DNA from: the human T2T-CHM13v2.0 reference genome, Homo sapiens
Reading direction: 5' to 3' (one strand)
Assembly: GCF_009914755.1 (NCBI RefSeq)
Contig: NC_060925.1
DNA length: 64,000 bases
The position numbers and the translations under genes were made by a program. The notes under the pieces are model-generated. The model did no database searches. It was not told the DNA's origin and saw only the letters and a list, made by a program, of their open reading frames with translations. Below are positions 1-12,539 of this stretch, piece after piece. Each line of letters starts with the position of its first letter. Position 1 is the stretch's first letter.

Positions 1-1069
1 GCCTGCAGAATAAAGCCTGGGTTAAAATTCCCCTCCATTTGTTGTTCGTTTTCTCTTCCTGTTTGTGCTTTTATCCTGCATCCCTGTGTGGCTTTAGGGG
101 TTTGGTTTTGGGAGGAAGACAAGGAACCACATTAAACAAAAAGATGGGGAAAGGTGTGTTGCCAGGTTTAGAACCCATTCAACCGTGCGGGTTTGGAGTT
201 TTCCAACAACCTCCTGCCTCTTGAGCTTTCAGTTTGTTTATTCTTGGCAAAATGTAGCTTCCTGTTTTTAAGAAAACCAGCCTATAAAATGCTTGAAAAA
301 TCTTCTTGGACATCAAAACACCCTTCCCAAACAATATTTTGATGATTTAACATGTAAATGAGTCAAAACAATGTGAGCAACATTTCCTATAAAGTACGCG
401 TGGGTTTTAGAAATTAAGAGGGTAGTGCTTAGCTAAACATACTTTGGTTATAGAAGATCAAAAGCATTTGAAAACCAGTTTGAGATGTTTGCTAAGTCTA
501 AAATGAGGCCAAATCCAACCAATCTCAGCTGAAATGCAAGCAAACAATTTATTATTAAAATAGCTCACGGATGTGATTCCTCTTCCATCTCTGGGCTTGT
601 GACTCTTGCAGCCAAAATAATCTCCGTGAAGTGATTGTAATAATGTTTATGAGCAATCATGGGACCAGAGCTCTCAGCTCATCCATGGAAGTGAACAAAT
701 AACTTGAAAGACCAAGCACCTCAATGTCTTGGCTCACTTGTTTTTATGTTCAAGGTTATGTGATATTCTCTATCACTGCCAATTGAATGGTTTTTGTGTT
801 TTGTTTTTTTGGTCAGATGAGAGCAACATATCTTCAACTCTCAGACTCCAATACTCAAGTCTCTACGTCTACTTCTAGGTTCTGAAGTTGAGAAGGTTAA
901 CATCCTGCTGGGATGGATTGCTCCTCAGATATGTAATTTCTCCCAGTCAGGATTCTGTATGTGCATGGATGTATTAGGAAGTAAACAAATTCCATTTTAT
1001 CCCCAACAAGACCTCCTACAGAGCAACCACAGTGACAGCCGTAGGTGTCAGTAGATTTAAGTTCTGGAC

Positions 1070-1445
1070 TAATCCATAGATTTTATTAAGCATCAACTAT
1101 AAATATGTTATTATAATAGGCAAAACTCTGAATAAAAAAATAGGAATAAGAGGCAGTCTTTGGGCCAGGCATGGTGGCTCACGCCTGTAATCCCAGAACT
1201 TTGGGAGGCCGAGGCGGGCAGATCATGAGGTCAGGAGATCGAGACCATCCTGGCTAACACAGTGAAAACCTGTCTCTACTAAAACACAAAAAATTAGCCT
1301 AGCGTGGTGCTGGCGGGCGCCTGTAGTCCCAGCTACTCAGGAGCCTGAGGCAGGAGAATGGCGTGAACCTGGGAGGCGGAGCTTGCAGTGAGCCGAGATA
1401 GCGCCACTGCACTCCAGCCTGGGCGACAGAGCGAGACTCCGTCTC

Positions 1446-1478
<33 letters not shown>

Positions 1479-1810
1479 CAGTCTTTGACCTTAAAGAGCT
1501 CTGAATCTCGCAGAGGGACTTCTGTGACAGAAATAATATATGAGGTTCTGTGTGACAGCACCTGATGGAAGATATCTGTGAAAATCTAGACTTTTTTTCA
1601 TATGAGAAAGAAATTCCTCTTTTGAAGATAATCATAATCTTTTTAGAATATGGCACTTAAGTTAGGAAGAATGGGTAGAGTTTATAGACCCATGAAGGTG
1701 GGAAGAGATAGAGGCATTCCGGTGGAATAGAACAATTACAGCCAAAGCCCTGAAGAAGTGAAGTACACAGAAAGTTTGTGAAAACGTCTGGAACAGCTGG
1801 AAAAGGATCA
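1070..1810 (-). mobile_element. L2 LINE 3' fragment, split by AluY
   Basis: Degenerate L2 3'-end motifs (tttattaagcatcaactat...gcagtctttgaccttaaagagct) continue across the Alu. Boundaries approximate. Confidence 0.55.
1163..1472 (+). mobile_element. AluY, full length
   Basis: AluY diagnostics (gatcgagaccatcctggctaacac, ggcgtgaacc, gcggagcttgcagtgagccgaga), ~29-nt poly-A, perfect 15-bp TSD AAGAGGCAGTCTTTG at 1148-1162 and 1473-1487. Confidence 0.97.
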
Positions 1811-2169
1811 ATATAACGTTTCCCAACTGTATTCTTTTGAATAACACAAGATCCTTGAGAAAAGTTATATAATAAATTAATTTAGGAAGTCTTGTGTGAA
1901 AAATACTAAAATTGTTTCTTAACTACAAGATTTTGTGGGAATATTTAACAGCTTCTCTCCAAGAGAAGGTATAAAGACACAATACTTGTTTACTTAGACC
2001 ATTTGACAAAAACATGTAGCAAAAAGACAGGATTACTAATTTGGCACATCAGAGAAATACAGTATAGGAGTTATTGTAATGGTTTAATGAGCTTTAATCT
2101 GTAAATCGACATTATTTGTATATGTCTGGCACATACCCGATAAATTGTTTTTGTTATAGTTGTTGTTAC

Positions 2170-3030
2170 TTAGACGAGGTATTTGACAAGGATTTTCACG
2201 ATATCTTTATAGACAAAGTGAATACTTATTATCTGAATGACATAAAGAGTTAGGGGACTTTGTAACTGGTTGAATGGTCAGTCTTGGGGAATTCTCATTA
2301 ACAGAGGCTGCCAACCCAATGGCAAGTCTTTAATGTTGTGCCAAGGGCCTCAATCCTCCTCTTTAACCTGGTTAAAATATTTACTAATGACTTGAGTTAG
2401 CTTATAAAGGTGTGAAATCAAATTGGCAGGTCATGGGAAGTTGGGAAGGATTATTATATTAATTCACAAGATCTTAATAAGAACAAGAGTCTCTATGAAT
2501 TGGCATGATGGTCTAAAATTATATAATAAGGAAAAATGTACAGTCTTATGTTTGAACCTTAAAATCAACTGTACACATAGAAAATGGCAGAAAGGAGGCT
2601 TGCCAGAAATCAATTAGAAAAAGACTTGAGGATTTATAGGTGACTATAAGCTAAATATGTGATAACAAGGAAATATGGTTTACAGAAAATGTCATGTGAT
2701 TTCAGATTGTATCAGTAGACACAGAGTATCCAGATTTAGGGAGGTGGGAATTCCACTTGTTCTGCGCAGGTCAGACCACACATTTAAATATTTTATCCAG
2801 CACTTGTAAGAGACGAAGACTAATCAGAACTAGCTGGAAGTCTATGCCAAGATAGTGAGTGAACTTTAAAAATGACCCACAAATTATAGACATATTGAGA
2901 ATTTTTAGTGAAGAGAAGCTTTAAGAGCAGGTATGGTAACTGCATTAAAATATTTGGACTTTTTCATTTGGAAGAGGAATTAGACTTGATTTCCATAATG
3001 CCATATGGTAGAATTAGGGCCAAGAATTCC
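2170..3030 (+). mobile_element. CR1/L3 LINE fossil (RT region)
   Basis: Degenerate CR1 RT motifs in order: (A)FDK-like gtatttgacaag, NWLN-like aactggttgaat, VPQG-like gtgccaagggcc, IF(I)NDL-like atatttactaatgacttg, (L)VRPH-like gtcagaccacac. Confidence 0.75.
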
Positions 3031-3235
3031 ACAACAATCCTTTCACAAGTACTTTTTTATTGCCAACTCTGTGTCAGGCATCATGCTAGGCAAGGAAACA
3101 CACTTGCCCTAAACAAGCCCACAATCTATTAGGAGATAGACACCCAGGCAGCCTTATCCAAGCATGATAGGTGGGCCCCTAATTGAGCAATGCACTATGG
3201 TGAAAGAGGAATGAACAATTAAATTTGCCTGACAG
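3030..3235 (-). mobile_element. L2 3' fragment (resumes at ~5480-5650 after HAL1)
   Basis: L2 3'-end motif ttattgccaactctgtgtcaggcatcatgctaggc; L2-like gctttcagagaaagtaacatttg resumes at ~5490. Confidence 0.55.
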
Positions 3236-3239
3236 TGAT

Positions 3240-5470
3240 TTTTTTGGACCAATGTTATACATCATATAATGTAAACATTCAAACAATTCTGTAAGATTTA
3301 TAAAATTTTTTTAAAAGCCTAGCATTTTGCAGCTCTTGTTCTACAGTGTCTCTTTCTCCAGAACAGTCATTGTCACCTTTTTTAGGTGGTTATCGTACTA
3401 TTCATTTCCATGTCTCTGCATGGCATGGTTATATTGCTATTTCTTAATTTTCCAGTTTTAGGCTTTATCTATTGACTTTCCCTTATGGAAGATGACCATT
3501 TAGCTCCTTTTTTTTTTCCATACACATGCATCCTTTCCTTCTTCATCCTCCCGATATAATAATGTGGTGTTTTTGGTTAAAGCTAATATTCTGTTACTGT
3601 GGCTATGAAAACTGTATTCCCAGCTGAGTCATATAAAATATGGTTACTTTTCCTTTCCTGTACATCTTTGTATTTTCCCCACAATTAATATATTTTTATC
3701 TTTAAATTTACTTTATTATATATGTACTTATCACTAATTCAACCCAAAATACTGTATTCATTGTGTCAATCTTTTCTTTAAAAATTCAGGATCATTAGAT
3801 TGCCATTTAATTTCATCTTCCACATTTTCTCCCGAAGTCTTCTGAGCTACTCATACTGCTGGTTGTTCCATGCCTGGGACATAGCTCTATCTTGGGGTCT
3901 CTGCACAGACAACCTGAGGATTCCTTTTGCCTTTCTCTGGTCTTCAGTCCCCTAGTGCTTGCATCTCACATCTTCTTTTAGTGACCCATCTTCTTCGAAT
4001 GACCGCATGCTCCAGTAGTTTTCTGCAAGAGAAAAATGGAGAGAGAATTTTGAGACATTGCAGATCTGACAATCTCTTTATTTTACTCTCATACTTAATT
4101 GATAGTTTGTCAGGGTTCATATATCTAGATCAAAAATAATTTTCCTTCAGAATTTTGAAGGTGTTGCTTTATTGATTTCTTCTTTTCAGAGTTGCTGGGA
4201 AGTCCAGAGTCTTTCTGATTCCCGATCCTTCATATGTGACCTAATTGTTTTTTCATCTTTGGAAACTTTCAGGATCTTCTCTTTGTTGAAATTTCACAAT
4301 GAGTTGCCTCAGTATGAGTCTATTTTTATTTATTTTTCTAGGCAGTTGGCAGGCTGTTTCAACGTATCTTTCCATTATGGAAACTTTTCTCGAATAATTT
4401 CACTGATGCTTTCCTTTTCTCATTTCCTTTTAGACCTCTTGCTTTTTGAATTTTGGACCACTTGTATGGGTCCTCTTATGTTGATATTTTTCTCTTCTAT
4501 TTACAACTTCTTCCTTTCTCTTTTGCTTCTTTTTTTCAAACAAAATCTCTGGTTCTTATTACATGATTACATTAATTTTTATCTCCCTGATGATATTAAT
4601 AAAAGCTTTTGGAGTTACTGAAGTTTTCTTCTGTCTGCAAGTTTTTTTCTCAACCAAGTTGTTTTGTGTGATATGTGTGCACAAGGGGAAAAGGTTTCTT
4701 TTCTGTTCTATATATACCACTTAGGAAGCTTTCCTCAAAGGTCTGGTAAATTTTATACTTAAGGGCAGGACACTCTTAAGCTGATTTGATGTTCTGAGTG
4801 CATGAATGGGGACTGTAAATTGTCAGTTTCACTGTAGAGTGATTTGGCTGGACAATTTTAATAGGAAATCTCTGCCGTCAATACCTTTATAGCTTTCTTT
4901 TTAGCAAAGAAATATTTCCCAAGGAAGATTTTTTTCACTTCTTGCCTGGCCGCTAATGTTCTGGGAGCAAAGTGGACACAGAGAGCTAGGGGTGTTTACT
5001 TTCAGTATGCATAAAATGACTTTTTTCATTAAGATACCCACACCATCAACTATGCCTGCTGCCACTTAAGGCCTGGTGTTTCATACTTTTTAGACAATAA
5101 ACTGGGAAAGGACAGACAGCCTGGCATAGTGAGCTAGGGAATTGATGATGTCTATTTCTTAAAAAAATACTTTGAGTTAATCTTCTTTATTTACTCTCTT
5201 TCACTCTCACTTCTCAAGGTACGTGATAAGGCCACATGTTGTGCGTTTGGGGATCATGCGGCATAAATCTGGGCTGATTTTTAGTTTTCCCTACTGGTGA
5301 CTTAGTAGTTCCATTCCTTGGGTATCTAAGTCATTTACCATGAATTCATCTACTTCCTAGCTCCTAAATTTGTTTCTTCTCTCTCGTTCTTCTTTTCCGT
5401 TAAGATTATATACATCTAGCTATACACTATTGATTTAGGGTCAGTTGTATGCATGTGATTAATCTACTTT
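3240..5470 (-). mobile_element. HAL1 (half-L1, ORF1-only LINE) or ancient L1M fragment
   Basis: Reverse L1-ORF1 C-terminal signature (tttccttcagaattttgaaggtgttgc...tctgattcc, 4141-4225) followed by HAL1-type 3' sequence (tccagtagttttctg..., ctgaggattccttttgcctttctc) rather than an ORF2 endonuclease. Confidence 0.65.
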
Positions 5471-6481
5471 CTTTCCCTGGAGGATCTGGGACGCTTTCAG
5501 AGAAAGTAACATTTGTGAAGGACTTTGAACGATGTCAGATTTTTCAGTGAAACCAATGAGGAAGAACAACACGAGCAACAAAAGAGATGTCAGCACTTTT
5601 ATGGAGAATTCAGGAAATATTGACTATGGCTAAGACATTGTTGGCAGAAGCAAGAACAATATAGTTTTTAGATTGGAAAAGTGGTGACCAGCAATTAATG
5701 AGATTTATGAAGTGTACATTTTTATACACTTTAAAACTCGTGTGTATCCCACAACGGACCAAGTTGTCTCAATGATGCATCCTTCTCTGTAACTGCTAAG
5801 CCCTTAGGTGGACAATGATAGACAAGGTTTCAAATTGCTTGGTGTATGAAAAATGCCAATATTTTTTAGCATATATATGTAATGTTTTTAAGCTACTTGA
5901 TCTCAGGTAAGGTTTGAGGAATGAGGAGGAGGAGAAAGAAAGAAAAAATAGTAGATAAAGAAGAGACACAGAGAGAAAACCTTCATACTGATGACATCAT
6001 GGCTGTGTTTTAAAACTGAGCCTTAAGTCTGTCGGAGTCATTTCTGTTCTATTTCAACAGGCAGAAATGTGCTGAGCTCTTGGGGTCGTTGACTAACAGG
6101 TCTACCAGATGGATCCTGAGTTTGGCTGCAGGAGCAGAGCATTCCATCGCAGGCTTTAAGATGCAACAATGCATTATTAAACCTGTTTGTAACAAAATGT
6201 GCAAGATGACATCATGTCCCTCAACAAAAATGTGTGCCTTGCTGTGTGGGAACAGTGAACCCCAGGATATAGAAAGTCAGGCAGAAATTATAGTACCTTA
6301 TAAATAACTGCTCATCCACCCATTATACTTTTCTCTCTCCTCCCAAATCCAAAGTGTTCTTTAAGAGAGGAAGAAAAATATTCTATGCAATTCTACATCA
6401 AAAAGTTGTAACCAAGAAATGATAAATAAGCATCTGCAATGAAAGAAAAATGGATATAGCCTTAGGAGAATGATTTTTAGT

Positions 6482-6983
6482 CTGAAATCTCAGTCATAGT
6501 CTGCCAGGAAATAAAAGCCATTGAATATTTAGAACAAGAGGACTTTAATGCAGGGAATTGGCTACACTGGTGATAGAAGAGCTAGGAAGCCTAATGGGAC
6601 AATGAAAGAACTCAGAAATTAGCAGTGGCAGGAAGACACTGCCACCTCTGAGCTGGACACATGAAGTGTGGGAAGCCTACTAGGCGAGAGGGAGAGATGC
6701 AGCTGCTGCCCAAAGATGTCATGAGAGGCAGGAAGAGAAGTGGCCTGGCCTTCCCTCCATTTCTTGTACCCTCCAAACTCCTACCAGTGTTTCTTTCTCA
6801 TAGGATGAGTCCAGGGAAAAGCCAGTGATGTAGGAGCCTGGGAAACCCGGCTCTGCAAAGCAAAGCAAAGCAAAGCAAAGCAAAGCAAAGCAAAGCAAAG
6901 CAAAGCAAAGCAAAGCAAAGCAAAGCAAAGCAGGGGAGGGTGAGAAATGGATTTGAAGACAAACAGGTCCAGAACCAGCACAT
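6482..6983 (-). mobile_element. ERVL solo LTR (LTR41-like)
   Basis: Resembles the LTR41 consensus as I recall it (tttaatgcagggaattggctacac...gaagagct...cagaaattagca...caggaag); ends ccagcaca. Confidence 0.6.
6855..6932. repeat. (GCAAA)15+ pentanucleotide microsatellite
   Basis: 15 perfect GCAAA units plus GCA. Explains the LCFAL ORFs at 6719-7005. Confidence 0.98.
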
Positions 6984-8286
6984 CCAGAAAGATCAATGCT
7001 GCCATAAAGGGGAGAGGATCAGTGTCTACGAAATCATCACTGATCTGAACACAATGAAGAGATTATTATTCATCAGATCTAGAATTAGATGTGGAAGAAT
7101 TAGGAGCAAACTTTAAAAGTGAACAGCATAGAGTGCAACCACCTCTATCACCCTTACAGCCAGAACATTGGATTGGAGTCTTGCAATGGACCCGCCTAGT
7201 ATATCTCACTGCCTTTCAGTTATTATGCACTGATAAAATGAGACATGGACAACATTAATGGAAAACATTATTTTGGCAGGAAAAACTAAAATTTGAATTT
7301 CATAGATGTCTTTGTTGTTGATGTTGTTATTGCTAATAATAATGATATCCAGTACTCATACATGTATTTATAACTCAATAATTCACTGCTAGCAATCATG
7401 CTGTTTTCATGGGTCAATCCTGTTCCCAGACATTCCTACTGTAAGACTGAAGTAATTTCTTTAAAAGTGATATTCAACAGTTGACTGTTGAAGCAATGTT
7501 TTCTTATTAACTAACATGTAATTAGTTCATTAAAAAATACCTCAACTGAATAGCACGTAACTTAATACAATCTACCAAAGTGGAGAAATCCACAGTTTCT
7601 CACAAATGGCAGCAAAATTACAGTGCAGGGAAACTGGAAATGAGAAGATGCCAGCTGGCAGGACACTAAGTGTTTCAGATTACTGTGTGTTTATGACTTC
7701 TGTGTTCTAGAAAAAAAATTAATTAGATTATGCTATTTGAGAATCTTGGAATGCCATGGCTCTGGGCCAGGCTTATCAGAACCACACATTTGAAGTTTAA
7801 TTAAGCTGTTTTAAATTTCACCATTATTTCTGAGTTTTGAAAAAGCAATAAATGTAGGAACTAATAAATAACTGTAGAAGAATGCTGAGATTCCCTCAGA
7901 TGGCAGCCTTCAGTATAAAATTATGGACTGTTTCAAAGTCTACTATACATTCATGTTATTGAACGTAAACATGATATGAAGCAGTACTCTTTGTTCAAGA
8001 GGTTTTGGAAAATAAATGGATGCAATATAGGGGCTGTAATGGTAGAAACTTATTATGTTGTTTTGAAAAGTCAAGTCATTGTTCAATAACATGTCTATAT
8101 CTCAGGCTGGGGTCAAACTGGGGAAAGGCACATGAATTCCAGCATAGAGAGAGGCAAGCAAGGGAGATTTGCTTCTTGTTCACTTTGATGAGGGAATCTT
8201 ACTGTCTGAATTTTTAGCTAGCTAGTTTACACAGGAGGAAAATAGCTCAAGTCATAATACAAGTGGGCTTAAATTTGTTTAATTAA

Positions 8287-8424
8287 TTTTTTATTATTTA
8301 TTTTTTAATGGCAGTAAAATATACATTACGTAAAATTTACCATTCTAGCCATTTTTAAGTGCACAGTTCAGTGGCAGTAAGTACCTTCATGTTATTCAAC
8401 CATCAAGCACCATCCACTCCAGAA
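8287..8424 (-). mobile_element. L1MB-type 3' end fragment
   Basis: taaaatttaccattctagccatttttaagtgcacagttcagtggc...caccatccactccagaa is the reverse 3' UTR of L1MA/MB. Confidence 0.75.
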
Positions 8425-8744
8425 TTTGGCTTAAAGCTATTTTGCTAATTGCTTTCCAAAACAAAAAAACCTTTAAAAATTTTCCTAGGAATAGTTGGTC
8501 AAGGTCTGAAAATATGGAAGACACTACATCTGCGTCTATACATGCGGGAGCCAGTATGATCCTGCCTCATGGCCCTGCAATTGAAGTATCTAAGGGGTTT
8601 GACAGTATACTTAGAAAAAATGGGTTGTGACTAAATAACAGTTTTCAATCAGACTTACGGAAGGAGAATATTAACCCCTTTTGAGAAAATAAACAAATTT
8701 GGCAAAACAAACACTGATATGACTAACTGCTTTGGTTAAATAAT

Positions 8745-8940
8745 TTTATTCATTCATTCAAAATACCTAGTGAGCCCTTATTTATTCTAGATATTGTTCT
8801 AGGCATTGGGGAATTTGTGGTGAACAAATATACTAAGTCATCACTTCCAAAGATGTTATAGTCCAGTAGGAAAGACAATGTACCGATAAATATACCACAG
8901 ATGGTGATAAATGCTACGATGCAAAACAAGTATGGATAAG
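8745..8940 (-). mobile_element. L2 3' fragment
   Basis: (ttca)n tail followed by gttctaggcattggg...gtgaacaaa. Confidence 0.7.
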
Positions 8941-9219
8941 AAAAGTAAAATCAAATTTCAATCTTTCTTTCCTAATTCTTCCCATTTATAATATTTTAGA
9001 GACAAAAACAGAATACCTTCTTAGAATGGAAACCCCATTGTCAAAAAAGACTCTGGTACATGAGGTGATAGGCTAAGGAGATGAGGCTGAGCAGGTCAGA
9101 ATATGAAAGCCTTGTGTTGCTTTGCTCTCCTCTCTCTGTTTCTCAGTTTTTTCAGCATCTTGATTCTTTTTACTCTTCTTCCTTCATTTCACTGAAAAAG
9201 CAGGTAACTAAGGATATAT

Positions 9220-9640
9220 ATCTACTCATTTCTCCAGCAAATATGAATTAGAAATCTGCCATTATGGAACACTGTGCCAGCTGCTGCAGGGAGTCAGGAA
9301 TGCATAGGGCACAGATGATCTCCTCAGAATGCATTGGCGTTTATTAGGTTGGTGCAAAAGTCATTGCAGTTTTGCCACTACTTTTAATGCAAAAGCTGCA
9401 ATTACTTTTGCAGCAATCTATTAGATATGTAGTTGCAGAAGGAGGCAATCAATGCTATGTGTCCCATGAACAGCAGAGATGACACATGCTTTGAGGCTTT
9501 CAGGAGATACCAAGACAACTTCTATTAAGGAAATCTTAGAATAATTCATAGAAAAGGTAACTGTAGAGATGGAGTTTGTTGGATGAGCAGCACAGAATTA
9601 TGAAAGAAGAGAGGTTCTCAATAGGGAAAATGTGACCAAT
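9220..9640 (-). mobile_element. L2 fragment hosting MADE1
   Basis: L2 3' motifs on both sides of the MADE1. Confidence 0.5.
9344..9421. mobile_element. MADE1 mariner MITE (Hsmar1-derived palindrome)
   Basis: ttaggttggtgcaaaagtcattgcagttttgcc...gcaaaagctgcaattacttttgcagcaatcta with long terminal inverted repeats; TA TSD at 9342-43 and 9422-23. Confidence 0.93.
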
Positions 9641-9927
9641 ATGTCCACTGTGCAGAAAAGTAGAGGGGGAGAAAGACTGAACAAGGTTTGATCACAAGTG
9701 AGTACATTTGAGAGAGTATCTGTGTGTGTGTGTGTGAGAGCGGGGGAAACTGGCAGAAAATTAAAATTTAGGACGTCAACTGTTTTATCTAAATAATACC
9801 ACCTCACATACTTCGCTGACTTTACCATGGAATTAAGCTCATGTATTCATTCATTCAATAGATATTAATGGATTGCCTATTGGGCCGGTACTAGGGATAC
9901 AATAGTGAACAAAACAGAAAAATTTCC

Positions 9928-10234
9928 AAGTTCTAAATCCATAGAGCAAGCTAGAAACTCCTGAGCAGGAGCTGATGCTCCAGTCCACAGGTAGAACTTC
10001 TTCAGAGAGACCTCAGTGCTGTTCTTAAGGCCTTTCAACTAATTGGATCATTTCCACCCAGAAAATCTAGGATAATTTCATTCACATAAAGTCAACTTGA
10101 GTGTAGATGACTACCAAATACATTTACAGCATCATATCTACCATATAGCTTTATAGCATCACCTCGATTAGTGTCTGCCTGAATAACTGGGTACCATAGC
10201 CTGGCCAAGTTGACACCTAAAACTGACCGTCACA
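9928..10234 (-). mobile_element. MLT2-family (ERVL) LTR, partial
   Basis: aggcctttcaactaattggat...ccatagcctggccaagttgacacctaaaactgaccgtcaca terminus. Confidence 0.8.
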
Positions 10235-12539
10235 GATGACTCACCAATTTTTACCCAGTAACAAACTGACTGGCTTTGTGTGGACTATGACACCTCTTTC
10301 CTCTACCTTCTGTTTTTTTAACTGGCTCTTTTGAATTATGTAGATGGCTTCAGACTTGGATTTCCTGTCTGGCAGGCTATAGTCAGGTTCCAAATGACAA
10401 AATATTAATTAGGAGGACTGTGCATGATCTTGTTTACAAATTCATTAGCACTGGGAGCTTGGCTTTGGCAGTTGTTTGTCCTGATGCCATGGGGGTACAT
10501 TTCAGCCCCCAAATAGCACCATCTGGATCTCATGTCCAACTTTGTGGCCATTCTAATCTTCATCTCTTTAATATAAGAAGAGTGGTGCTGCTCGCACTGC
10601 TGCCCATAATTCAATATTAAAATACTCCTTTAAGAACAAAATAGTGCCTGTGTGACTTGGTGTGTGTCATGGGGAAATTCTAGGGAGGAGAAATAACTGC
10701 TATCCACTTCATCCTATTGACCCCAGTGAACTCTGTTCAATAAATATTTGCAGAGTGACTGAATGCCAAAGCATGTCTTGAGTTTATGCAACTTGGTGAC
10801 ATTTCCACCGCTAAAACTGTTACTACAAACTTTATCTTGGAGAACTCATGATAGGTGGTGAAGTTGCTCCGAACCTAGGAAGCTGCTATTGGCCAAATTA
10901 TGTGCTGTTGGAGAGAAACATTTCCTGTGTATTCAAAAAAAGTGGAGGCTTGGCATGACTAATATGGTAAGAATGTTCTCATCTTCTCCAGGAGAAGAAT
11001 GGAGTCAGGTAGAGCTTTGCAACAATCCGTGGTCACAAACCTCAGTAGACACCCAGGTCATTAACTAACCACATGCATGTGGCACATGGAATGGAACATC
11101 CCAGAGCTCTGAAACCACAGGCATCTCTCTGCTGGATTAAAGGAAGCAATTTCACAGGCCCAGACAGAAAAGGGATGTGGTGATTTTTCAAACGATTCTG
11201 ATTTATAGTCAATAAGGTGCAAGGTTATGATACACAGAGTAAATGAATCGTTTACACTCCTCCTCATCACTCCCTTCCAGAAGCTCTGGCTTCTGCTGGT
11301 TTCTAGGAAGATACCAAGAGTGTCACCTTTATGAGCACCATGCCTGGTCTTTGTATCTGTCATCCAGCCTCCCATCTGTGAAGTGATTCTTCAGAAACCC
11401 CTGACTTTGGTTACTAGCCAAGCCAGGGTGTGATATTTTTTCCTGTTTAATTAACAACAACAAAAAAAGGCTTGCGCATTTACTTTTGCCAGCTATCTGA
11501 AAGTTCAAAAGGTAAAGAACATTTCCGTCCACAAATAAGCCATGGAATGTATTTGGAAATTGAGTTTTCATCAGTAGTTGCTGTTTTGAGCCACTTATTC
11601 CACTGCTGAGGAAAGTGAAATGGGAGTTCTTTCCTGAAAGGGGGGGAAAAAAACCCAGAAACTTTGTATTTAGAATTTCACATCTATGGTAGAGGCTCTA
11701 GGAATTTGAGGTCATCTTTCTGACACTGATTTAGGCTAGTACACCCTCAGATGGGAGGTATTTATTATACCCATTGGTACAATGAAAGTTCAAATTTATA
11801 CTGAAAGAAAATAATAAGATAAAGGCATGGCCATTTTGAGACCTTCTGATGATAGGCCATGATGGTACTTCATAAACCAACCTATCCTTAGCAAAAGACT
11901 CGTTTCATAAATTGCATTTTTAATTTATAATGATGCAAAGCTGAATGCCATATTTGCCGTGTAGGGCTACCCATTACAGACCAGGCATCCTGTCCATGGA
12001 ACTTGGTAGAAAACCCCCAAAGTATCCCCTTTCATGCTGATCCAAGAGTCCAGATGCCACATTTTGTGCCACTTTATGAAGGAAGTGACATTTGAATTGA
12101 AGGCTGAAATGCAAGGAGGATTTAAATGACAGGGAAGGATGTAATTTAAGTGTCTGTCATCTGTCTGATCTCATCTCCCAACATTCTGAGGCTATTTTTC
12201 AAGAATTGAGAAAACTGTCTTGAATCCCCATCTTGCATACAGTACAAGGTCTAGTACCCTTCCTCAGCATACCTCAGAGGTCTTTAAGGGTCTATGTGTC
12301 CTTTGATCACCATTACCTATAATGTCTCGCTTCCACTGACTTCTCAGTCTCTTCTGTGTCTCATCTTCTCAAGCAATTTTTTTCCAGCCCTACATCAATG
12401 TGGTTCTCAGTTTCTCAAGATACCACTGATATAAAGCTGTTCAACATTCAGATTTTAAGGCCACCAAGAAGAGTTGCAACATGGCACAGAAGTGGCAACA
12501 TCTTAGATTTTATACCATATATTGACATGGTATCTCATG

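Noticed and set aside
790-900. Possible + strand exon after ttttttggtcAG (816)
   Set aside because: Only weak donors follow (AG|GTTCTG, AG|GTTAAC) and there is no recognisable peptide.
1815-2050. Possible old hAT MITE
   Set aside because: Too diverged to identify TIRs or a TSD by eye.
4172-4621. 149-aa hydrophobic ORF
   Set aside because: Antisense reading of A-rich HAL1/L1 ORF1 gives Phe/Leu/Ser bias; not a membrane protein.
6719-7005. LCFAL-repeat ORFs
   Set aside because: Translation of the (GCAAA)n microsatellite.
7000-7200. Coding-looking stretch as a processed pseudogene fragment
   Set aside because: No recognisable protein, poly-A or TSD.
10975-11015. Possible 17-nt microexon (ctccAG|...cAG|GTAGAG)
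   Set aside because: Weak donor; such motifs are common by chance.
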